From the NCBI GenBank assembly GCA_002839185.1, contig PGXO01000004.1, positions 276,806 through 340,805 of the forward strand: a stretch of DNA of 64,000 nucleotides, given 5' to 3'. The notes under the pieces are model-generated. The model did no database searches. It saw only the letters and a program-made list of their open reading frames with translations, and was not told the origin of the DNA. This stretch comes from Synergistetes bacterium HGW-Synergistetes-1. Its GTDB lineage: Bacteria; Synergistota; Synergistia; Synergistales; Synergistaceae. Shown here piece by piece: positions 56,954 through 64,000 of the stretch (its first letter is position 1; the number at the start of each line of letters is the position of its first letter). Both the position numbers and the translations under genes were made by a program.

Positions 56954-57469
56954 GGCTAAGCAATGGCTAAACGGCAGGACTTGTGTCCTGAGTGAAGCGG
57001 CGATCTTATCGCCGTGAAGCGATTGTAAGGACGGGCAAGCTATTGGCAAGCGGTTATTGGGGACAGCGACTATAGTCTTGTCGCGGGAATCGGTGGTGAA
57101 TCAATTGCAAATCAGTTGGTAGTCAATAGGTAAGACCTAAGCCCAATCTCCGTCATCCCGGCTGACGGGAAGAGAGCCAACGAGTTACAAGTTGCACGAA
57201 TCGGCTGGTAGTTACACCAGAGGCATACCGGGGAGACAAAAGAGACGAATCTCAGATTCAAGAACGCATTTGTAGTAAGGCGGAAATAAATCTTTTTCTA
57301 TAAGTTTATCTAACGAGAAACACTGTTTTTATGATCAAGGGCACACGGAGATGCAGAGAATGTGATATGCCGGGATTATGGTGATTTGGGGTTTGGGTAT
57401 TTTAACCACTGACTCCCCACTGATTCCCGACTGATTTGCAACCGACTCAAGCGGCATGTTCTTGCCGCA
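56954..57469. repeat. Composite element between cdaR and glmM: the left arm carries four sub-repeat flavours in series, then MITE-like core copy 5 (57151-57380), then a right AATYGATT arm with hairpin
   Basis: ggctaagcaat ggctaaacgg | gtgaagcggcgatcttatcgccgtgaagcgattg | gggcaagctatt ggcaagcggtt | gggaatcggt ggtgaatcaatt gcaaatcagtt ggtagtcaat | core | ccactgactcccc actgattcccg actgatttgc aaccgactc aagcggcatgttcttgccgc. Confidence 0.8.
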
Positions 57470-57498
57470 GTTCTGCTATTTATTAAGGGGTGGCTTGG

Positions 57499-58869
57499 GT
57501 GGAAAATACTAAAGTAAGACGCATGTTTGGCACAGACGGTGTCAGGGATATCGCAAACAGGGGGATGATGAAACCTGAATCGGCCATGAAACTGGGAAGA
57601 GCATTTACGCTTTTTCTTTTAAAAAGGGGCAATTCTAAGCCTAAGATCGTTGTTGGCAGAGACACCCGCTATTCCGGACACATGATCGAATATGCGCTGT
57701 GTGCAGGAATAACATCAGCAGGAGGGGATGTTTATACAATAGGCGAGATCCCGACTCCAGGGGTAAGTTATTCCGTCGCGGCTGGCGATTTTGACGGAGG
57801 GGCTGTCATAAGTGCTTCCCATAACCCGGCAGAGTATAACGGCATTAAATTTCTTGACGGAGAAGGTTTCAAGCTATCTGACGATGAGGAACTGGAAATA
57901 GAATCTCTTTTCGATGTGAAAGAAGAAATAGAGAGGCCGATCCATGGGAGCATAGGCAGGATCACCAACGCCCCCGGCCTAACGGATGATTACCTGAAAT
58001 TTCTCATTGGAATTATGGATAAGGTTGAAAACAGGGAATATTCGATCGTGATCGATGCTGCCAACGGTGCCGCTTCAGCGCTGGTGGAACCATTGTTCAA
58101 GAATTGGAAGGGCAAAGTCTCGATTTTCGCTAACGAACCTGATGGTTTAAATATAAATTTGGGTGTTGGGGTCACAAATATGGGTTTTCTCAGGGAAAAG
58201 ACTATAAATAAAAAGGCAGACATAGGTATAGCTTACGATGGCGACACAGACAGAGTGCTGATGTGCGACGGAAAGGGCAGGATCATCGATGGTGACATCA
58301 TGCTCTGGGTGATAGGACGCTGGCTTTCAATGAAGGGGACTCTTGGTTCCGGTGTTGTAGCTACCGTTATGAGCAACATGGTTCTTGAGGATCTGCTCAG
58401 GAAAGACGGGATAAAGGTTTTCAGGTGCGGTGTAGGAGACAGATATGTCCTTGACACTATGCGTAAGAAAAAAAGCCGAGTTGGTGGGGAACAGTCCGGT
58501 CACCTGATCGCTCTTGACTTTGCAAACACCGGAGATGGATTATGTTCAGGCCTCTTGTTTCTAAGAGCGATCTCTGATCTGGGTGAAGACATATCCACGC
58601 TCTCTGACCGATTTGACAGATACCCGCAGGTACTCAGAAATCTCAGGATTGAAAACAAAGATTTAATTTTGGGCAGTTCCAGGCTTAAGAAAGCTGAAAA
58701 AATTGCGATGAATGAGCTTAAAGGAAAAGGAAGGATGCTCCTGCGGCCATCAGGCACCGAACCGCTGATAAGAATATTTGTTGAGTCGAGGAACCACGAT
58801 CTAATGAATGCTACAGCAGACATGCTTGAAAATACTATACTTGAAATAGCATGTACAGGGGGTAATTAA
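57499..58869 (+). CDS. glmM: Phosphoglucosamine mutase
   Basis: FGTDGVRD, active-site SASHNPAEYNGIKF, GDTDR (DGDxDR-type metal-binding motif). Start uncertain: GTG 57499 has aagggg 8 nt upstream; alternatives are 57490 and ATG 57523. Confidence 0.93.
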   Translation: MENTKVRRMFGTDGVRDIANRGMMKPESAMKLGRAFTLFLLKRGNSKPKIVVGRDTRYSGHMIEYALCAGITSAGGDVYTIGEIPTPGVSYSVAAGDFDGGAVISASHNPAEYNGIKFLDGEGFKLSDDEELEIESLFDVKEEIERPIHGSIGRITNAPGLTDDYLKFLIGIMDKVENREYSIVIDAANGAASALVEPLFKNWKGKVSIFANEPDGLNINLGVGVTNMGFLREKTINKKADIGIAYDGDTDRVLMCDGKGRIIDGDIMLWVIGRWLSMKGTLGSGVVATVMSNMVLEDLLRKDGIKVFRCGVGDRYVLDTMRKKKSRVGGEQSGHLIALDFANTGDGLCSGLLFLRAISDLGEDISTLSDRFDRYPQVLRNLRIENKDLILGSSRLKKAEKIAMNELKGKGRMLLRPSGTEPLIRIFVESRNHDLMNATADMLENTILEIACTGGN

Positions 58870-59751
58870 ATGACATTCCATCATATCAGAAAGGCCGTCT
58901 TCCCGGTTGCCGGACTTGGGACGAGGTTCCTGCCGGTAACAAAGGACATCCCTAAAGAAATGATGCCTCTTATAGACAGGCCACTAATCCATTATGGAGT
59001 AGATGAGGCGGTAGCATCGGGATGCGAAGAAATAATTTTCGTTACAGGTACGGGGAAGGAAACCATTTTTCAGTACTTCCAGCATTCTTCTGAGCTTGAG
59101 GGACATCTTATGGACATAGGCAGGGAAGACCTGGCTGAACAGTTGAAAAAGATACCTGAACTTGCCGACTTTCATTACACTCTTCAGGAGAAGCCTCTTG
59201 GACTTGGCCATGCTGTTATGTGCGCAGAAGAATTCTGTAATGATGAATACTTTGGGCTTTTGCTGCCTGACGATGTAATGATAGCTGAGCCTACAGTGCT
59301 TGCTCAGCTTGAATCAGTGAGAGAAAAATACAGCGGTTCAGTTTTGAGCCTTGAGGAAGTTGATAAAGAAGATACTTCCAGGTATGGGATAGTTGATGCA
59401 GAAGAGGTGGAACCGGGAGTTTACAGGGTGAAGGGGCTCGTCGAGAAGCCAGATCCGAATGATGCTCCGTCAAACCTGGCAATAATGGGAAGATATGTAC
59501 TCTCTCCTTCTATATTCAAGCACCTCAAAAGCATAAAGAGGGGCAGGGGAGGCGAATACCAGCTTACTGACGCTATTGCTTCGATGCTGGAAGAAGAGCC
59601 TGTCTATGCGCTTTTGTATAAGGGAAGAAGATTGGACTGCGGTGTAAGGGAGGGCTGGATCAAAGCGACCATTATAAAGGCCCTTCAGGATCATGATCTC
59701 AGGAAGATCATCATAGATACTATCGAAAAAGAATTGAATGTGAAGATATGA
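58870..59751 (+). CDS. galU: UTP--glucose-1-phosphate uridylyltransferase
   Basis: AVFPVAGLGTRFLPVTKDIPKEMMP signature. Confidence 0.93.
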   Translation: MTFHHIRKAVFPVAGLGTRFLPVTKDIPKEMMPLIDRPLIHYGVDEAVASGCEEIIFVTGTGKETIFQYFQHSSELEGHLMDIGREDLAEQLKKIPELADFHYTLQEKPLGLGHAVMCAEEFCNDEYFGLLLPDDVMIAEPTVLAQLESVREKYSGSVLSLEEVDKEDTSRYGIVDAEEVEPGVYRVKGLVEKPDPNDAPSNLAIMGRYVLSPSIFKHLKSIKRGRGGEYQLTDAIASMLEEEPVYALLYKGRRLDCGVREGWIKATIIKALQDHDLRKIIIDTIEKELNVKI

Positions 59752-59754
59752 AAA

Positions 59755-59783
59755 AGCAGGGCAATTGCCCTGCTTCTATTTTT
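59755..59783. terminator. Bidirectional rho-independent terminator between convergent galU and the minus-strand gene
   Basis: agcagggc-aatt-gccctgct with an A-run upstream and a T-run downstream. Confidence 0.8.
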
Positions 59784-59809
59784 AGGTTGCAAAATCGTTT
59801 TAGAATTCT

Positions 59810-60970
59810 TTAAAGAGCCGGTTCATCTGTGAACGGGAAATATATTTTGAGGTGTGTCACATCTTTAAGCGCGTAATCATTTCTGCCGGTGACTTCAGGA
59901 AGTTTTTCCCACGGGCCCCCGTTTTTTCTTGCCAGGATGAGAGATCTTCTTCCATAGGTCGACCATATGTCCCATAGAAGTTCCCCTTCTGACGGACCGG
60001 AGACAAGAACACCTTTGAAAAGAGGGGATGTACCTCCCATCATAGACCTTCCGTCACTTGGACCGATTATCATCCATTGGGTCATGTCCCACGAGCCCTG
60101 CATTTCTTTTGATAATAGTGCGTGATCCCAGGGAATTATCTGGAATCCCCCGATCTTGCCCCTTTGCGAGGAACTGAAATCGATAACACCGCAGTGATTT
60201 GCCCTAAGCGAGCCGGTTTTTTGGAACAAAGTGCCTTCAAAACGCCCTGTTCCGGCAAGAGGCCTGATCACACGACCTATGATGCGATATCCGTCTTTGC
60301 TCCACTCTGTGACCCTTCCACCCGGTCTGTTTTCGATCTCAGCCATGTATCCATGATCCATTGTTTGAACAGTGACGATAAGAGTGTCACCCTTTTGGGG
60401 GAGATTATTGACAGATAATTGGGATGGCTTATCTGTTCCTTTTTTTATAACCGAGATCTTTGACCCTACAGGAGGAGCCCAGGCACCAAAAATTCCGGTT
60501 CCTGCCTTCGAGGAGATTACCACGGATGCTCCGGGACCCGCGGCAGGGGCGATTGTCTCGCGTGGGATGATACTGAGTGTCCTTCCTTTTTCTTTTTCAA
60601 CAGAAACGAGCATATGCACAGCGTTGACAGCTGATGCGCATACTTCTCCAGGAGTACCCCATGCACTGGCACTGTAGCTGGGCCATCTTGTCGTCTGCGG
60701 CAAAGCGGTTACCTGACCGATAACAGCAGTTGTACCGTCTATTGAACTTACGGTCACATCTTTGCCTGGTTCCATGGGAATACTTATCTGGTAAAGGGTT
60801 GAAGGTGCAGTGTTTGCGCGAGCAGGAGCATAAACTACAGTTGCAGACAGCAAAATTATCGTTACAAAAAGAAGAGTGTTTGTGGTTTTCGATACGATAT
60901 GCTGCAGAAAGGTGAACTCCTTATTAAATATAAACGGACCTGTTATTTTTGGCTGAAGCAATCTGTGCAA
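59810..60970 (-). CDS. Secreted protein of unknown function, downstream of and overlapping the Fur-family gene
   Basis: 386-aa ORF (TTG at 60970). Hydrophobic signal-like segment LLFVTIILLSATVVYAPARA. No family recognised. A strong aaggag (60917-60922, minus strand) suggests a later, possibly non-canonical start. Confidence 0.6.
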   Translation of the reverse strand: MHRLLQPKITGPFIFNKEFTFLQHIVSKTTNTLLFVTIILLSATVVYAPARANTAPSTLYQISIPMEPGKDVTVSSIDGTTAVIGQVTALPQTTRWPSYSASAWGTPGEVCASAVNAVHMLVSVEKEKGRTLSIIPRETIAPAAGPGASVVISSKAGTGIFGAWAPPVGSKISVIKKGTDKPSQLSVNNLPQKGDTLIVTVQTMDHGYMAEIENRPGGRVTEWSKDGYRIIGRVIRPLAGTGRFEGTLFQKTGSLRANHCGVIDFSSSQRGKIGGFQIIPWDHALLSKEMQGSWDMTQWMIIGPSDGRSMMGGTSPLFKGVLVSGPSEGELLWDIWSTYGRRSLILARKNGGPWEKLPEVTGRNDYALKDVTHLKIYFPFTDEPAL

Positions 60971-61371
60971 AGACCGTAGAGAAATACTTCCGCGTTGTCT
61001 ATCTGAGCAATGCTGTTCTGAGCAGTGCTGGCTGACTTGAAGAATCCCTCTTCATCAATTTTGAGGTCAACAAGCTTTCCGCAGTTTCTGCAAAGGAAGT
61101 GACCGTGAGTGGATGTTGTCGGATCAAAATATACTCTTTTATCGTCTATGCTGAGTATTTTTATGAGCCCCGCATCCGCAAGAAGCTGAGCTGTGCTGTA
61201 AACAGTAGCAACAGACATCGTCGGGTAATCAACAGCGAGTTCTTTGTAGAGCATGTCAGCTGACGGATGATCTGTCCTGCCTTCAAGCTGCTTCAATATC
61301 GCGATCCTCTGAGCGGTAATTTTTGCCCCTCGTCCTCTTAAAATGTTTATACCTTCACTTATTGTCCACAT
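60943..61371 (-). CDS. Fur-family metalloregulator (Fur/Zur/PerR type)
   Basis: wHTH (ITAQRIAILKQL), HGHFLCRNCGK and CTDC zinc cysteine pairs. Confidence 0.85.
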   Translation of the reverse strand: MWTISEGINILRGRGAKITAQRIAILKQLEGRTDHPSADMLYKELAVDYPTMSVATVYSTAQLLADAGLIKILSIDDKRVYFDPTTSTHGHFLCRNCGKLVDLKIDEEGFFKSASTAQNSIAQIDNAEVFLYGLCTDCFSQK

Positions 61372-61494
61372 ATATTTATACCTCCGGTTTAAATAGAATC
61401 CGACTTAAGAGTCATTATAAATCATATAAAAATAATTGTATATCTTATGCGGAAAATGCTGAAATATAATGACTATAATATAGAGCCCCTCTAC

Positions 61495-61524
61495 TTGCCT
61501 AATTTTCTATATACAGGCTATAAT
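61495..61524 (+). promoter_or_regulatory. Promoter of tRNA-Gln
   Basis: -35 ttgcct, 18-nt spacer, -10 tataat, 15 nt before the tRNA. Confidence 0.6.
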
Positions 61525-61539
61525 GTCCGTTGCACGTTA

Positions 61540-61613
61540 TGGGGTGTAGCCAAGAGGAAAGGCAGCGGACTTTGGATCCGCCACCGATGGTTCGAATCCA
61601 TCCACCCCAGCCA
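61540..61613 (+). tRNA. tRNA-Gln (anticodon TTG), CCA encoded
   Basis: Acceptor tggggtg/cacccca, anticodon stem gcgga/tccgc with loop ctttgga, T-arm gatggttcgaatccatc. Confidence 0.9.
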
Positions 61614-61708
61614 GCATTTTTTTGACCGGGTAGGCAATGATAATGCCTTCTCAATGTTTTACTGTGTTTTATATAAAATTTATGTTTTTGATGAAAGGAG
61701 CCGGAGTC

Positions 61709-63106
61709 ATGCAGCATGAACAGAGACGATTCTGTGTATTGATATTGGCGGCAGGCAAAGGTACACGTATGCGCAGTAAAACGCCCAAAGTCCTTCACAA
61801 AATAATGGAAGAACCGCTTCTTTACTACCCCCTTTCTGAGTTAAAGTTTGCAGGTTTCAATGACATATCTGTAATGGTTGGTTTTTCTGGTGAAACAGTC
61901 GAGGAATGGACAAAGAATGAGTTTCCCGAAATAAATGTTCTTTGGCAGAGGGAACAGCTTGGCACAGGACATGCAGCAAAGCTTGCGCAGGACTGGTGGA
62001 AGGATTTTGAAAACGTAGTCATTCTCCCTGGGGACACTCCTCTGATTAGGGCTGTGACCCTTCAGAAATTTATTGATACGCACATAGATAAAAATAACAG
62101 CTGCAGCTTTCTCAGCTTCGACCTCACTGATCCCACAGGTTACGGCAGGGTGATAAGAGACGGCATGTCAGTAAGGATAGTAGAGCACAAGGACGCGACG
62201 CCTGACGAACGGAAATGCCGTGAAGTGAACAGCGGGATGTATGTATTCAATACAGGCGCGCTGTCAGCGGTCATAGACGATCTGAATTGCATGAACAGCC
62301 AGAAAGAATATTACCTTCCGGATGCTGTAGCTCTTATAGAAAAAAACGGCGGACGGACAGATGCTGTTAAAGCGCCTGATCCTACGGAATTCCTTGGAAT
62401 AAATGACCCTAACCAGCTGGCTGATGCCGCTGCAGTTATGAAGAAAAGGATACTCGATAAGTGGATGGGAATGGGAGTAAGGTGTAATGATCCGGTTTCT
62501 ATCTGGATCGGTCCCAGGGTCAGCCTCGGAGAGGACACTGAGATCCAGCCCAACGTCCAGATATGGGGAGAAACATCGATAGGAAGCGCGTGCAGGATAG
62601 GAAGTTTTACCGTCCTCCAGGACTCTGTGCTTGAGGATAATGTTGAGATAGTCGGATCAGTAAGGATCAAAAAGAGCAGGGTCGGTGAAAATTCGATAAT
62701 AGGACCCTTCGTATTTATCCGCGACGGAGCAGAACTTCATCAGAATGTTCACGTCGGAAGATTTGTCGAGATTAAAAAGAGCATTGTGAGGAAGGGTGCA
62801 AAGGTTCCTCATTTATCATATGTGGGTGATGCTGATATTGGTGAACATACAAATATTGGAGCAGGTACGATAACCTGTAATTATGACGGAGAAAAAAAGA
62901 ATTTTACAAAAATTGGCAACAATTGTTTTGTCGGCAGTGATACAATGTTTGTAGCGCCGGTCACTATAGGAAATAATGTCGTTACGGCGGCAGGTTCTGT
63001 GATAACAGAGGATATTCCTGAAGGCGCTCTTGGTGTTGCAAGAGCAAGACAGAAAAATATAGAGGGCTGGAGTTCCCGCAGAAAGATCCATAAGGGAGGA
63101 AATTGA
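61709..63106 (+). CDS. glmU: Bifunctional UDP-N-acetylglucosamine pyrophosphorylase / glucosamine-1-phosphate N-acetyltransferase
   Basis: LAAGKGTRM, left-handed beta-helix hexapeptide repeats in the C-terminal half. ATG 61709 follows aaaggag. Confidence 0.95.
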   Translation: MQHEQRRFCVLILAAGKGTRMRSKTPKVLHKIMEEPLLYYPLSELKFAGFNDISVMVGFSGETVEEWTKNEFPEINVLWQREQLGTGHAAKLAQDWWKDFENVVILPGDTPLIRAVTLQKFIDTHIDKNNSCSFLSFDLTDPTGYGRVIRDGMSVRIVEHKDATPDERKCREVNSGMYVFNTGALSAVIDDLNCMNSQKEYYLPDAVALIEKNGGRTDAVKAPDPTEFLGINDPNQLADAAAVMKKRILDKWMGMGVRCNDPVSIWIGPRVSLGEDTEIQPNVQIWGETSIGSACRIGSFTVLQDSVLEDNVEIVGSVRIKKSRVGENSIIGPFVFIRDGAELHQNVHVGRFVEIKKSIVRKGAKVPHLSYVGDADIGEHTNIGAGTITCNYDGEKKNFTKIGNNCFVGSDTMFVAPVTIGNNVVTAAGSVITEDIPEGALGVARARQKNIEGWSSRRKIHKGGN

Positions 63107-63107
63107 C

Positions 63108-64000
63108 ATGTCTGCAGGTTTAAGGGAAGTCAAAATTTTTTCGGGGAGTGCTCATCAGCAGTTTGCTGAAAGCATATGCATGAATCTCGGTGTTCCCCTT
63201 TCAGCGTCTAAACTGTTCAGGTTTTCTGACGGTGAGATAGGCGTTTCGATAGAAGAAAGTGTCAGGGGAGCCGACGTATATGTTGTGCAGCCGACTTGTG
63301 AACCTGCCAACGAGCACCTGATGGAGCTTCTTATCATAGTAGATGCTTTGAGAAGAGCATCTGTATATCGTGTAAACCTTGTCATGCCCTATTTTGGCTA
63401 CGCCAGGCAGGACAGAAAAACACGATCGAGGGAACCTATCACATCGAAATTGATAGCAAACCTTCTTGAAAAGGCAGGAGCAGACAGGGTCATTTCTGCC
63501 GACCTTCACGCAGGCCAGATACAGGGATTTTTTGATATCCCCGTTGACCACCTTACAGGCGTTCCGCTTCTTGCTTCTTATTTTCACAGGACACTCAAAA
63601 AAGAAGTTGATCAGGGGCTGGTAACAGTAGTCTCGCCTGATATCGGAGGAGTTGTTAGGGCAAGAAAATTTGCTGAACAGATAGGCAACGCAGAACTCGC
63701 TATTGTTGACAAAAGACGCTCCCACGAAGTGACGAATGTTTGCGAAGTGATGGAGATAATAGGAAACATAGAAGGAAGGACAGCGATCCTTGTCGACGAT
63801 ATAATTGATACTGCCGGTACTATGGTAAAGGCAGCCGAAGCGCTCCGCGAAAGAGGCGCGAAAGAAATTTATGCCTGCGCGACGCACGGAGTCCTTTCCG
63901 GCCCTGCAATAGACAGACTGAAGGCTTCTCTCATCAAGGAGGTCGTTGTAACAGATACGATCCCGCTCAAGGAAGAGAAGAAGTTTGACAGACTGACAGT
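63108..64000 (+). CDS. prs: Ribose-phosphate pyrophosphokinase (3' end beyond the window)
   Basis: My own translation from ATG 63108: MSAGLREVKIFSGSAHQQFAESIC ... VMPYFGYARQDRK ... VDDIIDTAGT. The ORF is absent from the supplied track because no stop lies in the window. Confidence 0.93.
   Translation, partial: MSAGLREVKIFSGSAHQQFAESICMNLGVPLSASKLFRFSDGEIGVSIEESVRGADVYVVQPTCEPANEHLMELLIIVDALRRASVYRVNLVMPYFGYARQDRKTRSREPITSKLIANLLEKAGADRVISADLHAGQIQGFFDIPVDHLTGVPLLASYFHRTLKKEVDQGLVTVVSPDIGGVVRARKFAEQIGNAELAIVDKRRSHEVTNVCEVMEIIGNIEGRTAILVDDIIDTAGTMVKAAEALRERGAKEIYACATHGVLSGPAIDRLKASLIKEVVVTDTIPLKEEKKFDRLT

Noticed and set aside
1-64000. Autonomous mobile elements, prophage, defence islands, rRNA operons
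   Set aside because: No transposase, integrase, recombinase, cas, restriction or capsid-like ORF, and no rRNA-like sequence, was recognised. The only accessory-looking proteins are the AlbA_2 regulator (142-1455) and two unknown secreted proteins.

Overview
This 64-kb window is a core housekeeping segment of a bacterial chromosome. 47 of 50 CDS and all 4 tRNAs are on the + strand. The gene order looks Firmicutes/Synergistota-like, which is inference only and not verifiable here. Content in order: an AlbA_2/Schlafen-type regulator; tilS-hpt ... ftsH; tRNA-Pro; a small secreted protein; uvrB-uvrA-rlmB; rimP-nusA-ylxR-L7Ae-infB-DUF503-rbfA-nrnA-truB-ribF; a PpiD/SurA-like chaperone; tRNA-Ser and tRNA-Arg; a DAACS symporter (-); an ECF-type Co/Ni importer cbiM(PDGLE)-cbiQ-cbiO followed by an orphan complex-I-like membrane module; glnS; gltX; polA; rpmE; thyX-DUF1385-prfA-prmC; trxB with an extra C-terminal domain; two tandem M48 peptidase paralogues; dnaX-dnaE; a clear TRAP (mtrB) homologue; pyk; nfo; cdaA-cdaR ... 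glmM-galU; a Fur-family regulator plus an unknown secreted protein (-); tRNA-Gln; glmU-prs (prs runs off the window). I saw no transposase, integrase, cas, phage, toxin-antitoxin or rRNA genes. The unusual content is non-coding. By my coordinates roughly 5 kb, covering nearly every long intergenic spacer, is occupied by one modular repeat system. (i) Long inverted arms are built from tandem 10-12-nt sub-repeats in several locally homogenised flavours: AATCRRTT, GCTGAGC, GTGAAGC, GGCAAGC/CTTGCC, GTGAAAC and GAATTC-box. (ii) Small GCGGC...GCCGC hairpins are interspersed in the arms. (iii) MITE-like cores with CGTCAT(T)CCCG termini are nested at the centres. I do not recognise this as a described repeat family, and it is the main candidate for something new. 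Secondary leads are the TRAP homologue with no trp genes nearby, the orphan NuoH-like plus antiporter-like membrane module next to the metal transporter, and a degenerate/active M48 pair. All protein calls rest on motif recognition in the supplied translations; no database search was possible.
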